64,000 nt of DNA from an uncultured Candidatus Saccharibacteria bacterium (GCA_964423885.1 CAYRGD010000001.1:160660-224659); one strand, 5' to 3'; positions 10,032-20,295 are shown, counted from the stretch's first letter. Translations and numbers: made by a program. Notes: generated from the letters alone by a model not told the origin.

Positions 10032-10623
10032 CGATGCTCACTTTCGTCATGCTGTCGCCTTTGCGCAGTTGGTCGACCACGTCCATCCCTTGCGTAACCA
10101 TACCGAAAATCGTGTAGGCGGGCGGCAGCGGCGTATCCTCGAGCATAATGAAGAACTGGCTGCCGTTCGTGTTGGGGCCGGCATTGGCCATCGCGACCGT
10201 GCCTTTGGTATACGGCCGCGTGACCTGCTCGTCGGCAAACCGGTAGCCTGGTCCGCCGGTGCCGGTACCGAGCGGATCGCCTCCCTGGATCACGAAGCCC
10301 GGTTCGTACCGGTGGAAGGTCAGGCCGTCGTAAAAGTTCTTGCTAGCAAGGAAGACGAAGTTGCTGACCGTGAGCGGTGCATCGTCGGCGTACAGCTCGA
10401 CGACGACCGTCCCTTTACTGGTCTCGATGACGGCGTCTTTCCCTTTGATTTCAGCGTCCGGTAATAGGCCAGGGGCGGCGTCGAACTGGCGGGTCGATGA
10501 TGTTCCCATAACATGCTCCTCTGTTGATGATTGCTTGTCGTTGGTCGTCGAGGCCTGGCAACCTGTCAGTACGAGTGCCGCGGTCGTGAGCACTATGGCT
10601 CTACCTGCTGTAGTGCGGTTCAT
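10018..10623 (-). CDS. Cyclophilin-type peptidyl-prolyl isomerase, probable lipoprotein
   Basis: FYDGLTFHR, FVIQGGDP, MANAGPNTNGSQFFI; lipobox-like LVLTGC. Confidence 0.93.
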   Translation of the reverse strand: MNRTTAGRAIVLTTAALVLTGCQASTTNDKQSSTEEHVMGTSSTRQFDAAPGLLPDAEIKGKDAVIETSKGTVVVELYADDAPLTVSNFVFLASKNFYDGLTFHRYEPGFVIQGGDPLGTGTGGPGYRFADEQVTRPYTKGTVAMANAGPNTNGSQFFIMLEDTPLPPAYTIFGMVTQGMDVVDQLRKGDSMTKVSIVDHQ

Positions 10624-10814
10624 CGGTTGCCTCCGTCGGCGCGCAGGAATTCATGTTCGACGACGTTAAGACGAGCCCGTGCTTCGGTAAGGACTGACTG
10701 CCCGCGTTTGTAGAGCGCCAGGCTTTCTTCGATATCGGTCTGTTCCTGGCCGAGCTGTTCGGCAATGTCGTCGAGCTCTGCCAGCAAGTCGTCAAACCGC
10801 CGTTTCTTCGCCAT
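10620..10814 (-). CDS. xseB: Exodeoxyribonuclease VII small subunit
   Basis: FDDLLAELDDIAEQL..IEESLALYKRG; follows xseA. Confidence 0.9.
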   Translation of the reverse strand: MAKKRRFDDLLAELDDIAEQLGQEQTDIEESLALYKRGQSVLTEARARLNVVEHEFLRADGGNR

Positions 10815-11994
10815 GAATCACCTCCGATAGTACGCTGCCGTCTGCGAGCCGCGTCTCCAACCGGTCTCCGTCTGAGACGTCCCGTATCGACCTAAGTATT
10901 GTACCTGTTGTCCGATTGGTTGTGAACGAATAGCCTCGGGTAAGGATCCGTTGTGGGTCGAGGGACGCAAGAACGGCGCCGATCCTGTCGAGGCGCAGGG
11001 ATGCGGTGTCGATCCGGTGCGTAGCTTGCGTAATCGTCGACGCTGCCCGGTCGAGCCGGTGCTGGGCATTCCGGTGCGCGACCGTGGTCCGGAGCGACAG
11101 GAGATCGGCCCGGGCAGTAAGCGTATTCATTGTACGTTCGTATCTATTATGCAAAGCATGGCGGAGTGACGCCTCGGCCGTACCGAGCAAGGCTGTAACC
11201 GTCTGTCGATCGGGTACAGCAAGTTGGGCGGCATGGCTCGGCGTGGCGCCCCGGGCGTCAGCAACCAACTCCGCAAGTGTCACGTCCTTCTCATGCCCGA
11301 TAGCGGCGATGACGGGTGCCGCACTTGCGAACACAGCACGGATCACGTGTTCATCGTTGAACGCGGACAGATCTTCGGCGGATCCGCCGCCGCGTGTCAG
11401 GATGACAACGTCAACCCGCTCGCGTTCGTTGAAAGAGTCGAGCGATCGGACGATGTCTTTGGCAGCGGTTGTGCCCTGCACTGCGACGTGACGGAGTATC
11501 ATCGTGATACCGCCCCAACGTTCGCGGATCACCTTTCGTACGTCGCCGACTGCCGCGCCGTCGGCCGAGGTAATAATCCCGATCCGCTCCGGGAACTTGG
11601 GCAGTGCGCGTTTGCGCTCCATACGGAAAAGACCCTCAAGCTTGAGGGTACGATACAATGCCTCGTATGCCGCTTGGAGCGGGCCTGCGCCGACGGCTTC
11701 CATGGCCTCGACCGTGAGCGAATATCTGCCGTACGGCACGTAAATCCTGGGCGTAGCCAGGATCCGGACGCGCAGCCCGTCCTTCGGTTCAATGCCTGGA
11801 TCGAGTCGGGCCGCGAAGCAGTCGACAGTGCTTTCGCCATCCACCAGATTGAACAGTAGCCAGCGTCCATTCCGTACCCGGACGCCAGACAGTTCTCCTT
11901 CGACCACGATCGCGCCGACGTGTTCGCTGAGTGTCCGGTGAGTAAACTCATTCAATTCACGGACGGAAAATGTCTTAATCGCTACCGGTTGCAT
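10792..11994 (-). CDS. xseA: Exodeoxyribonuclease VII large subunit
   Basis: VEGELS, IGIITS, RGGGSAEDL, IGHEKD, ATPSHAA, LDPQRILTRGYS. Confidence 0.95.
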   Translation of the reverse strand: MQPVAIKTFSVRELNEFTHRTLSEHVGAIVVEGELSGVRVRNGRWLLFNLVDGESTVDCFAARLDPGIEPKDGLRVRILATPRIYVPYGRYSLTVEAMEAVGAGPLQAAYEALYRTLKLEGLFRMERKRALPKFPERIGIITSADGAAVGDVRKVIRERWGGITMILRHVAVQGTTAAKDIVRSLDSFNERERVDVVILTRGGGSAEDLSAFNDEHVIRAVFASAAPVIAAIGHEKDVTLAELVADARGATPSHAAQLAVPDRQTVTALLGTAEASLRHALHNRYERTMNTLTARADLLSLRTTVAHRNAQHRLDRAASTITQATHRIDTASLRLDRIGAVLASLDPQRILTRGYSFTTNRTTGTILRSIRDVSDGDRLETRLADGSVLSEVIHGEETAV

Positions 11995-11999
11995 CGGCG

Positions 12000-13124
12000 T
12001 TATGCACGCTTGGCGGCAGCCTCGATGACGGCGATTGTCTTCCGGGCAGCCGACTCCCAAGTGAACTGGCGGGCCCGACGGAGGCCGCGCTCCGACAGTT
12101 GCTGACGGATTGAGGGATCTGTGGCGATCGCGTACATAGCATCGGCGATCGCTTCCGCCTTGGTTTCGTTGACCAAAATACCGGCATCCCCGACGATTTC
12201 CGGCAGCGACGAGTTCCGGCTGACGATCGCAGGTACGCCGGAAGCCATCGCTTCGAGCGCCGGCAGACCGAACCCTTCGAAGCCCGTAGTGAACGTGAGC
12301 GCTTCCGCGAATCGCAGCCAGATCGGGTAGTCGTGGTACGAGACGTAACCCGGCAGGACGATACTGCTCCTCACTTGCGGCGGCAACGCGTCGAGCGTGG
12401 CCGTGATCTCGTCGTAGCCGTGCATGCCGGGCTTGCCTGCGAGTACCAGGTTGTGGGGCAGGTCGCGCGTTTCCTTGAGCCTGCGGAACGCCTGGATTAA
12501 CCGGACGATGTTTTTCTTTGCCTCCAGCCGGCCTAAGTAGAAGAAATACGGCTCTAATGCTCGGATGCGTTTCGGCGGCACGTCGCGCATGAGCTTCGGG
12601 AAGAACCGTTCTTGGTCCACGCCGTGATGGACTACGTGGATCCGGTTGGCGGGAAAGCGGGTGAAGCGGACAAGGTCGCGTTTCGTCGCCTCGGAAATCG
12701 CGATGAGCTCGCGGCTAACCCGGGTCGCAAGCCAGAGGCCGATGTTCTGGTAGACACGCTCGAACTTACCGTAGTACGCAGGATGCCGCTTGAAGCCCAG
12801 GTCATGGACGGTGTTGACTACCGCGGCCGGATGGACGAGCGGCACGGTATGCGACGGCACAAAGAGGACGTCCGGCTTGGGCTGCGTCAGGAATTCCCAG
12901 CTCAGTCGGATCTGGGTCCAGCCGCGGGCGAACGGAATAATCCGGTATGCCACTTGGGCACGGCCGACGTTGAGCGGCTTGGTCGGCAATTTGGGCGCGT
13001 ATATCGTGTACCGGTGATGGGGTGCGACCCGGAACAGGTGTTCCAGGATCGTGTGGGAGTACTGCTCGGTGCCCGTGTACTGGTCTTTCGCGAGCCGCGA
13101 GCCGTCGAGGCCGATATGGAGCAT
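12000..13124 (-). CDS. Glycosyltransferase family 4 (GT-B)
   Basis: TVHDL, GRLEAKKN, EGFGLPALEAMASG. Confidence 0.92.
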   Translation of the reverse strand: MLHIGLDGSRLAKDQYTGTEQYSHTILEHLFRVAPHHRYTIYAPKLPTKPLNVGRAQVAYRIIPFARGWTQIRLSWEFLTQPKPDVLFVPSHTVPLVHPAAVVNTVHDLGFKRHPAYYGKFERVYQNIGLWLATRVSRELIAISEATKRDLVRFTRFPANRIHVVHHGVDQERFFPKLMRDVPPKRIRALEPYFFYLGRLEAKKNIVRLIQAFRRLKETRDLPHNLVLAGKPGMHGYDEITATLDALPPQVRSSIVLPGYVSYHDYPIWLRFAEALTFTTGFEGFGLPALEAMASGVPAIVSRNSSLPEIVGDAGILVNETKAEAIADAMYAIATDPSIRQQLSERGLRRARQFTWESAARKTIAVIEAAAKRA

Positions 13125-13141
13125 AGGGCCAGTCTATGGAA

Positions 13142-14158
13142 TCAGCTCTTCGCCCACAAGATCGACCGTTTGTACGCGTCAAGGTTGTCGACGGCGATGC
13201 CTGCGCCTTTGGCGACGCAAAGCATGGGCTCTTCGGCTAGTTGGCATGGGACACCGGTCACCTTCGTAAAGAGATCGTCGATGCGGCGCAGCAGCGCTCC
13301 CCCGCCAGTCAGGACGATGCCCTTGTCCATGACGTCCGACGCCAGCTCGGGCGGTGTTTTCTGCAACACCTCGCGCACGGTGTTGATGATACTGCCGATC
13401 GGTTCCTTGGCCGCGGCCGCGATGTCGTTCGAGCTCACGATGACTGACTCGGGCAGACCGGATACGCCGTTTGATCCGGACACCTCCATCGTGAGCTCTT
13501 TGGTGAGCTTCATCGCGGTGCCGATCTTGATCTTCACCTCTTCCGCAGTCTGTTCGCCGATCTGGAGACCGTACGTTTTCCGGATGTAGCCGATGATCGC
13601 CGCGTCGATCGCGTTGCCCGCAACCCTGACTGATGAGGCGGCGACGATGTCGCCGAGCGAGATGACCGCGACCTCGGCCGTACCGCCGCCGATATCGATG
13701 ATCATGTGGCCGCTTGCCGCCGCGATGGGAATACCGGCGCCGAGCGCTGCCGCGACCGGTTCCTTGATGATATAGGCGGCCTTCGCGCCGGCTGCGATAC
13801 AGGCGTCGATGACCGCGCGCCGTTCGGTGCTCGTGATACCGGCCGGTGCCGTAACCATGATTTCCGGACGCACCAGCCGGATCCGTCCGCTTAATCGGTT
13901 GACGACGTACTGGAGCATTGCTTGGGTGACGCGGTAGTTGGCGATCACGCCGTCTTTGAGCGGGTGGACGGCCAGGATCGAGTCGGGCGTGCGGCCGAGC
14001 ATAGCCCGCGCTTCCTGGCCGATCGCCATGATGCGGTTGGATCCTGCTTCGACCGCGACGACCGATGGTTCGTTGATCACAATCCCCTGCTTCGGTAGAT
14101 ACACGAGGACGTTCGTGGTCCCGAGATCAATGGCTAGGCGCCGGAGGAATAGCGGCAC
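13142..14158 (-). CDS. mreB: Rod shape-determining actin MreB/Mbl
   Basis: IDLGTTN, EPSVVA, EPVAAALG, DIGGGT, LTGGGALL. Confidence 0.96.
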   Translation of the reverse strand: MPLFLRRLAIDLGTTNVLVYLPKQGIVINEPSVVAVEAGSNRIMAIGQEARAMLGRTPDSILAVHPLKDGVIANYRVTQAMLQYVVNRLSGRIRLVRPEIMVTAPAGITSTERRAVIDACIAAGAKAAYIIKEPVAAALGAGIPIAAASGHMIIDIGGGTAEVAVISLGDIVAASSVRVAGNAIDAAIIGYIRKTYGLQIGEQTAEEVKIKIGTAMKLTKELTMEVSGSNGVSGLPESVIVSSNDIAAAAKEPIGSIINTVREVLQKTPPELASDVMDKGIVLTGGGALLRRIDDLFTKVTGVPCQLAEEPMLCVAKGAGIAVDNLDAYKRSILWAKS

Positions 14159-14159
14159 G

Positions 14160-15464
14160 TTAGGCCTCCAGCCGGACGATGGTAGCGCCCAGTGCGCGGA
14201 GATTGCGTTGGAACTGCGCCGCTCCGTACCCTCGGTCGAGGTGTTCGATCCCGGTCAATCGCGATGTGCCTTTGGCCATGAGTGCCGCGACGACGTGGGC
14301 CATACCGGCACGGATATCCGGAATGGAGAGCGTTGTCGGACGCAGGGTCGCTGGTCCGGTAACTGCCGCGCTGTGGCGGCACCCGAGCTTGGCAAATCGG
14401 CACGGCGTTCCGAAACACTCAGTGCTCACCTCGATCCGCCCGCCCATGGCGCGCAGGTCTTCGGTATAGCGGAGCCGATCCTCGTAGACCGTTTCATGGA
14501 CGCGGGATATACCGTTCGCCGCGAGCAGGACAACGACCGACGGCTGCTGCCAGTCGGCCATGAATCCGGGATGGACACCGGTTTCGATATCGGCGGGCGT
14601 AAGGGGGCCACCGCGCTCGAACCTGATGCCGGCCGCATCCTGCGTTACCCTAGCCCCGATCTGTTGTGCGAAGTCGAGGTAGCGGGTGAGATGTTCCGCA
14701 ACGGCGTTTTCAATGAGGATCGACCCATCGGTCGCGAGGGCGAGCGAGGCATAGGACACTGCTTCGAGCCGGTCGGGCAGTACGGTGTGCTCGGCAGGCG
14801 TGAAGCGGTCCACGCCGCGGATCCGTAGCTGCCGTCCGTCCGTGTCGAATGCAATGTCGGCTCCCATGGCGCGCAGGAAATCGGCTAGAGCGACAACTTC
14901 GGGCTCGACCGCGACGCCGGTCGCAACCGTGATCCCCGACGCCCAGCTCGCTGTAAGCAGGATGGTTTCCGTGGCACCGACACTCGGGTACGGCAGGTGG
15001 ATATCGGCACCATGCAGTCCGTCGGTCCGAGCGGCGAAGCCCTGGTCGGTTTGGACGATCGTCGCCCCTAGCGCCTCAAGCGCGTCGATGTGGAAACCCA
15101 CCGGCCGCCGGCCGATTTGGTCGCCGGTGACCGGCGGCACATGGGCAGTACCGAACCGGTAGAGCAGCGGTCCTAATAGTAAAATAGATAGCCGGCTCTT
15201 GGCGGCCTGTCCGGTGAAATCAGGCGCATGGAGCGTCGACGCGTCGATCCGGATACCGTCCGGACGGCGGTCGATCCGGGCACCGGCGGCACCGATGAGA
15301 TCGAGTGCGATATCGGTCTCGCCGATCTCGGGGGCGTTGTGGACCACCGACGTGCCGCTGGGCAGGAGCGAGGCAAGAATCAGCTTGCTCGCCAGGTTTT
15401 TCGCGCCGGACAACCGGACGCTGCCGGCGAGCGCCGTACCGCCGGTGATGTCGTAGACTGCCAT
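14160..15464 (-). CDS. murA: UDP-N-acetylglucosamine 1-carboxyvinyltransferase (Asp at the catalytic Cys position)
   Basis: SGAKN, GDQIGRRP, PSVGATE, PDRLEA, PDIRAG, HLDRGY. Confidence 0.95.
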   Translation of the reverse strand: MAVYDITGGTALAGSVRLSGAKNLASKLILASLLPSGTSVVHNAPEIGETDIALDLIGAAGARIDRRPDGIRIDASTLHAPDFTGQAAKSRLSILLLGPLLYRFGTAHVPPVTGDQIGRRPVGFHIDALEALGATIVQTDQGFAARTDGLHGADIHLPYPSVGATETILLTASWASGITVATGVAVEPEVVALADFLRAMGADIAFDTDGRQLRIRGVDRFTPAEHTVLPDRLEAVSYASLALATDGSILIENAVAEHLTRYLDFAQQIGARVTQDAAGIRFERGGPLTPADIETGVHPGFMADWQQPSVVVLLAANGISRVHETVYEDRLRYTEDLRAMGGRIEVSTECFGTPCRFAKLGCRHSAAVTGPATLRPTTLSIPDIRAGMAHVVAALMAKGTSRLTGIEHLDRGYGAAQFQRNLRALGATIVRLEA

Positions 15465-15470
15465 GCTGGT

Positions 15471-15499
15471 AGCCTACGGTGGGTCAGGCTCGGATGCAA
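15471..15499 (-). promoter_or_regulatory. Sigma70-type promoter TTGCAT-17-TAGGCT, 6 nt before the murA ATG (leaderless)
   Basis: Spacing read from the sequence; no SD present. Confidence 0.55.
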
Positions 15500-15561
15500 G
15501 CGAGCTTGAGCCCGGCCGCCGGGTGGGATAGGCTGAATGAAACCAAGCCTGGGAGTATCGG

Positions 15562-16266
15562 ATGGAAGAACGCGACGTAGGATGGGACATTGCCGGCGTA
15601 GCATTGCGGTCGGTGCTGACGCTGCTGGCCGCCGCCATCCTCGTGCTCGAGGCGAACGGCTACCTGATCGATTTCAACCGTCTCCGAGCCGAAAAAGCCG
15701 GCCTGCTCGTACTGGAAACCCGTCCGGCCGATGCGAAGGCAATGCTCGACGGCAACGCGTTGCCACTTCGGCGCGGCCAACTGACAACAGCCTATTTCCC
15801 GGATATGTACCGGCTGGACGTGGTCAAAGACGGCTATCATCCGTGGCATCATACGGTCCGCATCGAGCGTGGCCATGTCGCCGTGTTCGACGGTATCGTG
15901 CTGTTTCCACGTGAACGTCCTGTGACCGGTGCCCGGCCTGCGACGACGGCCGAAGCAGCCGCGCCGCTCGTGGGTTCCCAGTTGCGTGTCACTTCGGGCG
16001 AGGTGTGGTATCAGAGCGCGAGAACCGCTGCGGAACAGCTTGTTACCAGGCTGTCGGTGCCGATCCAGGCCGCGGTCCTGCTCGACAAGGCACACGTGCT
16101 CTATCAGGTACGAAGCGGTGTCCATGTCGTCGATCTCGACGGCACGAACGACGTGCTGCTTATCGATCAGGCGCTGCCGGATCCGGCGCGGATGACCGTT
16201 GCCGACGGCGGACGGACGGTGTTGCTTACGGTTGCAGGGACGACGACGTCGTACCGAGTGCAGTAG
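15562..16266 (+). CDS. Membrane-anchored PEGA-like domain protein
   Basis: N-terminal TM, then GLLVLETRPADA..LDG..YRLDVVKDGYHPW PEGA-like pattern; GGGAG SD. Confidence 0.7.
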   Translation: MEERDVGWDIAGVALRSVLTLLAAAILVLEANGYLIDFNRLRAEKAGLLVLETRPADAKAMLDGNALPLRRGQLTTAYFPDMYRLDVVKDGYHPWHHTVRIERGHVAVFDGIVLFPRERPVTGARPATTAEAAAPLVGSQLRVTSGEVWYQSARTAAEQLVTRLSVPIQAAVLLDKAHVLYQVRSGVHVVDLDGTNDVLLIDQALPDPARMTVADGGRTVLLTVAGTTTSYRVQ

Positions 16267-16981
16267 GCACCGGCTCGGCGTAGAGTACTAGGCGGTTGAG
16301 CGAGGTGCCGACCGGCGTGCAGGTCATAAGTGCCAGCTGGTTACGGTCGAGCGTTTGGTCGCGGATGACCGATACCTTGTCCGGAGCCACGACTTCGCGG
16401 CCGGTCACGACGTACGCGTACGCCTGGCCGTCCCGTTTCAGGAATACCAGGTCGCCGTCGCGGACTTGGTCGAGCAGCGCGAATACCTTAGTCCACGGGT
16501 TGCGCATCCACCAGTATCCCGACGAGTGGCCGACGATGAAGGTGCGGCCGACCTCGCCCGGGTAGTATGATTCGGCGACCTGGACGACTCCCTGCTGGAG
16601 CCCGTTCAAGGCATCATTGACCGGGATATCCCACAGGATCGGTGCCCGGACGTCGATGCTCGGCAGATAGATCGTGCTGTCATCCATCGTGGGGACCGCG
16701 ACTGCCGGCTGTTCCGGGCCGTAGCCCAGGAATTGCGCAGGCGAAAAATCATCGATATGGCTGTTGGCCGCGGACTCACCGTGCAGGAGCCAACGTTCGA
16801 GCGCGAACGTGAGGCGGTCGTACTGCGCCGGGGCGGATAGCGCTACGAAGACAGCCGCCGCCGCGACTGCCGCCCACACGAACTGGGCGACGCGGTGCGA
16901 CGCCGTGCGGGTATGCCGCCGCCGCGCCAGGCGTGCTACCGCCTGGTCGGCGCTATCGAGGGTAAGGAATGCAGTCGACAT
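16226..16981 (-). CDS. Sortase (N-terminal TM)
   Basis: Catalytic His in GHSS; LMTC followed by Arg (TPVGTSLNR). Confidence 0.9.
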   Translation of the reverse strand: MSTAFLTLDSADQAVARLARRRHTRTASHRVAQFVWAAVAAAAVFVALSAPAQYDRLTFALERWLLHGESAANSHIDDFSPAQFLGYGPEQPAVAVPTMDDSTIYLPSIDVRAPILWDIPVNDALNGLQQGVVQVAESYYPGEVGRTFIVGHSSGYWWMRNPWTKVFALLDQVRDGDLVFLKRDGQAYAYVVTGREVVAPDKVSVIRDQTLDRNQLALMTCTPVGTSLNRLVLYAEPVPTALGTTSSSLQP

Positions 16982-16990
16982 AAACCCGAT

Positions 16991-17071
16991 ACTATAGGGG
17001 AAAACAGCCGTTTCGTCAAGGTTCACGAACCTGATACTGTGCTTGACAGCCGATAGGGGCCGCACTAAGGT
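16991..17071. promoter_or_regulatory. Divergent promoters: minus TTGACG-17-TATAGT (sortase) and plus TTGACA-17-TAAGGT (17080 gene)
   Basis: Near-consensus hexamers with 17-bp spacers, 8-9 nt before each ATG. Confidence 0.65.
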
Positions 17072-17079
17072 TCGCAGTC

Positions 17080-17511
17080 ATGAACCGCTTATCTGCCGTC
17101 CGGCCGCATATGTTCCGCATCGCGTTCGCGGCGGGTTTGCTTGTTGTCGTCGTGGCCGCCGCCGCTTGGTTGCATCGCCGTACTGCATCCCCCCGCCAGG
17201 CAACCGTGGTACCGCTCGAGGCCCGGGTCGTTTGGACGAGCGACCTGTTCCGGATCGCGAATACGGGTTCCCAGACCTGGCTCAACTGCCAGTTCGTGTT
17301 GAACCGGTCAGATGCGGACGGCAAGCCGGGGTATATCTTGTTCCGGGACCGGGTGCTGCCGCGCGAAGTGCTCCAGGTAGCCCATGCAGTGTTCACCGAT
17401 CCGGCTGGCCAGAAGTACCGCTACGATCAGAACCCGCCGACCAGCTTCTTTATCCGGTGTGAAAACGTCGGTGGCGACGTCGGCGTATTTTCGGGTAAGT
17501 ACGAGCGCTGA
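17080..17511 (+). CDS. Hypothetical exported protein (N-terminal TM, two Cys)
   Basis: Has its own promoter; hydrophobic N-terminus followed by a beta-rich domain. Confidence 0.7.
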   Translation: MNRLSAVRPHMFRIAFAAGLLVVVVAAAAWLHRRTASPRQATVVPLEARVVWTSDLFRIANTGSQTWLNCQFVLNRSDADGKPGYILFRDRVLPREVLQVAHAVFTDPAGQKYRYDQNPPTSFFIRCENVGGDVGVFSGKYER

Positions 17512-17516
17512 GCGCG

Positions 17517-18134
17517 TCAGTTGGCACTAATGCGGACGTCGGCTGCCTGGCCGCGCGCATCGTAGAGTACCCGCAGGGTTAGGCGGTCGGTTGGGATCGC
17601 GGCGGCTTCAGGTCCGAGGCAGTACGACGCCTCGCCGACCTCGTTCTGTCCAAGGAGCGCGGTGATCTGTTGCGGCGTCATGCCGCGGATTTCCTGCACC
17701 AAGGAGGTGACCATCATTTGTCTGGCGCGGCTCGTGCCGCAGCCCGCATCCTGCCATACCTTGGCGTCGAACGGGATCTGTTTGACTGCAAAACCGGGGC
17801 GCAGTACGAGGACTTGCAGCCACAGCGCGACCACTGTCGCGACAATGCCTCCGATGCCGACCATGCTTAGCAGTATTCTGGCCGGACGTTGGGCCGCGAA
17901 GAACGTGCCCGCCAGCATACATGCCACGATCGCGGCAAACAGGCTTGGCAGGAGCGCCAGCAATGGGTGCCCGACGCGTTGGACAAGACTACCGATCTTC
18001 GGTACATGGATAAGCACGCCATAGGTCAGTGTGATCGACAGGGCTGGCAGGCCGAGCCCGACGATACCGCCGACAATCCAGGGAATAATCGGGAGCGTGT
18101 CGGATCCGTGCCGGTCGCTTGCTGGGTGGGCCAT
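17517..18134 (-). CDS. Hypothetical membrane protein with a C-terminal SmpA/BamE-like motif
   Basis: Three TM segments, then FDAKVW..RQMM..GMTPQQITALLG. Confidence 0.65.
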   Translation of the reverse strand: MAHPASDRHGSDTLPIIPWIVGGIVGLGLPALSITLTYGVLIHVPKIGSLVQRVGHPLLALLPSLFAAIVACMLAGTFFAAQRPARILLSMVGIGGIVATVVALWLQVLVLRPGFAVKQIPFDAKVWQDAGCGTSRARQMMVTSLVQEIRGMTPQQITALLGQNEVGEASYCLGPEAAAIPTDRLTLRVLYDARGQAADVRISAN

Positions 18135-18244
18135 AGCTGCCTTTCATTGCGATTCGTTGGTTGCCTTGGTCACTGTAGTATCGGCATGACGTGGGCGGCG
18201 TCAAGGCCGCGTACCCTATGGCCAGGAGCCGGACAGGGTGACCC

Positions 18245-18274
18245 TTGACAAGATTTTGCGGCTGTGGCTATCGT
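18245..18274 (+). promoter_or_regulatory. Promoter TTGACA-18-TATCGT for the repeat-protein operon
   Basis: Perfect -35 hexamer upstream of the GGAGGAG SD and ATG 18334. Confidence 0.5.
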
Positions 18275-18333
18275 CGCAACCAAGGATTCATACCGCGAAC
18301 GTAAAACTAGTATCCGTCCAAGCTGGAGGAGTC

Positions 18334-19254
18334 ATGGTCACTCGTTTTCGAACGGGATTCTCATCCGCCATCGCAGTCCGCCTCGTAGCGGCGTCGCTGC
18401 TCGTGGCAGTGCCATCCTCCGGCTTCGCACTCGACGGTACTCTGTCCAACGAACGGACCGGCGCGGACTCGGCCAACATGAACGACGTCGCGGTGAACCG
18501 TGACCTTGCGGTATCGCTCACGAACACGGCGAACGTGACGAACTCGTTCAACTTCACGGTCAACACCGGCGGCAACACGGTTACTAATAACACGACGGTC
18601 GGCAATGTCACGACCGGAGATGCAACACTTGAACTGAAAGCGGAGACTACTGTAAACGAACTGCCCGACAGCGCGTTGCAGCAGGCACTTGACCAGTTCG
18701 CAGCCGACGGGACGGCGTCCGTGACGTCGTCGAACGCGCAAACCGGTGCCGGTAGCACCAATACCAACACCACGGGTATCACCAAGAGGGTTCGTACGAA
18801 CGTGACGAATACGATGAATGTCACGAACAACGCGGCGCTCGATATCAATACCGGCGGCAACACCGTGAACGACAATACGACCGTCGGCGATATCACGACA
18901 GGAAACATTTCGGTTATCGCGGCGTTCCTGACCCAAGGAGACGGCAAGGGTGCCGGCTTCCCGGGGAACGATACGCCGGGCGATACGGGTACGGGCGGCG
19001 GCACGAACCCCGGAACGGGTCCGGTAACGGTTGCCCAGCTGCCGCCGACTGTCATCAGTCAGGCGCCAGCGACGACCACGCAGGACGTTGGTCGGGGCGG
19101 CGGCCAGTTCTTTCCGGCTGGCACCGACAGCAACCTTGCCCTGGAACTGCTGGTTTTCGTGATCGCCGCTATCCTGCTGGTACGATTCCAGGAACTGCTC
19201 CCGATACTCTTTCCTCGGCTACAGCGCGTACCAGTTATCCGGCCAGCGCGGTAG
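18334..19254 (+). CDS. Secreted Asn/Thr-rich repeat protein (2 repeats) with C-terminal TM and basic tail
   Basis: Signal peptide, two ~70-aa NxxTGxxSxNxN...NTGGNTVxxNTTVGxxTTG repeats, Gly/Pro/Thr linker, FPAGT, TM, Arg-rich tail. Confidence 0.85.
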   Translation: MVTRFRTGFSSAIAVRLVAASLLVAVPSSGFALDGTLSNERTGADSANMNDVAVNRDLAVSLTNTANVTNSFNFTVNTGGNTVTNNTTVGNVTTGDATLELKAETTVNELPDSALQQALDQFAADGTASVTSSNAQTGAGSTNTNTTGITKRVRTNVTNTMNVTNNAALDINTGGNTVNDNTTVGDITTGNISVIAAFLTQGDGKGAGFPGNDTPGDTGTGGGTNPGTGPVTVAQLPPTVISQAPATTTQDVGRGGGQFFPAGTDSNLALELLVFVIAAILLVRFQELLPILFPRLQRVPVIRPAR

Positions 19255-19352
19255 CGGCATAGTTTGGGTCGATGCGTGTCCGTTATCGTATGCGGCGGCC
19301 ACGTACCATCAGCATACGGTGTGTATATACCTACTGAGAAAGGAACGCCCCT

Positions 19353-20222
19353 ATGAAGATCAACTTCATTTCGGCTCGGGATCGCCTGCGGACACTCGCG
19401 GCTGTTTCAGCTGTCGTCCTCATGAGCGGTGCCGGTTCCGCGTGGGCGTCGGTCGATGTCAGCGGTGAAAACGACACCACTGGCTTCAATTCGACGAACC
19501 GCAACAACTATGACATCAGCGACTCGGTTGACCTTGACGTCGATAACAGCGCCACTGTTACCAACACCCCGTCGGTGACGGCGAACAGCGGTGGCAACGA
19601 TGTCAACAACAACACGACCGTTGATGATGTCATGGGCGGCGATATCGATGTCGAAGGCGAGTTCACGAACGAGCTCAACAGCGCCGACATGGATCTCAGC
19701 CTGGACTCGTTCGGCGATGTCTCGGCTGATTTCACCAACGGCACGACCGGCTCGAACTCGGACAACCGCAACGTCCTCGATGTGAACCGCGATATGGACA
19801 TCACTGTCCGTAACTCGGCGACCATCCGGAACGATATCGATGCCGACCTCAACTCTGGCGATAACCGCACGAACAACAACACCACTGTCGGTGACGTTGA
19901 AACCGGCGCTATCGACTTCAGCGTGACGGTCGACAACAAGGCCAATCAGAACGCTGGCAGCATCAAGCTCCCGGATATGGGTTCGATGGACGTCAATGGC
20001 GATTTCGCCAACGACACCACCGGTGCCAATTCGGAGAACCGGAATACTGTCAACGTCAACGATTCGGCTGACATCACCGTTCGGAACAATGCCACGGTCC
20101 GCAACGACCTGGATATCAACGGTGACTCCGGCCACAACGACGTGAACCGCAACACCACTGTGGGCAACGTCAAGACCGGCGATCAGCGGTATAACTTCAC
20201 CTTCACCAACATCCTGAACTAA
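19353..20222 (+). CDS. Secreted Asn/Asp/Thr-rich repeat protein (3 repeats, no anchor); putative major fibre subunit
   Basis: Signal peptide ending AWA, three repeats joined by short linkers, ends at the last repeat; AAAGGA SD. Confidence 0.88.
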   Translation: MKINFISARDRLRTLAAVSAVVLMSGAGSAWASVDVSGENDTTGFNSTNRNNYDISDSVDLDVDNSATVTNTPSVTANSGGNDVNNNTTVDDVMGGDIDVEGEFTNELNSADMDLSLDSFGDVSADFTNGTTGSNSDNRNVLDVNRDMDITVRNSATIRNDIDADLNSGDNRTNNNTTVGDVETGAIDFSVTVDNKANQNAGSIKLPDMGSMDVNGDFANDTTGANSENRNTVNVNDSADITVRNNATVRNDLDINGDSGHNDVNRNTTVGNVKTGDQRYNFTFTNILN

Positions 20223-20295
20223 CGTTCAGACTGTTGGCTGGTGATGTGGGCGGAGGAAGGTAACTTCCTTCTCCCCATCAGCAGCAACATGAGCG
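20223..20295 (+). other. Long imperfect intergenic RNA stem-loop capped by a GUAA tetraloop
   Basis: Pairings CGTTCA/TGAGCG, TGTTG.CTG/CAGCAACA, TGATG/CATCA, GGAGGAAG/CTTCCTTC; no U-tract. Confidence 0.7.
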
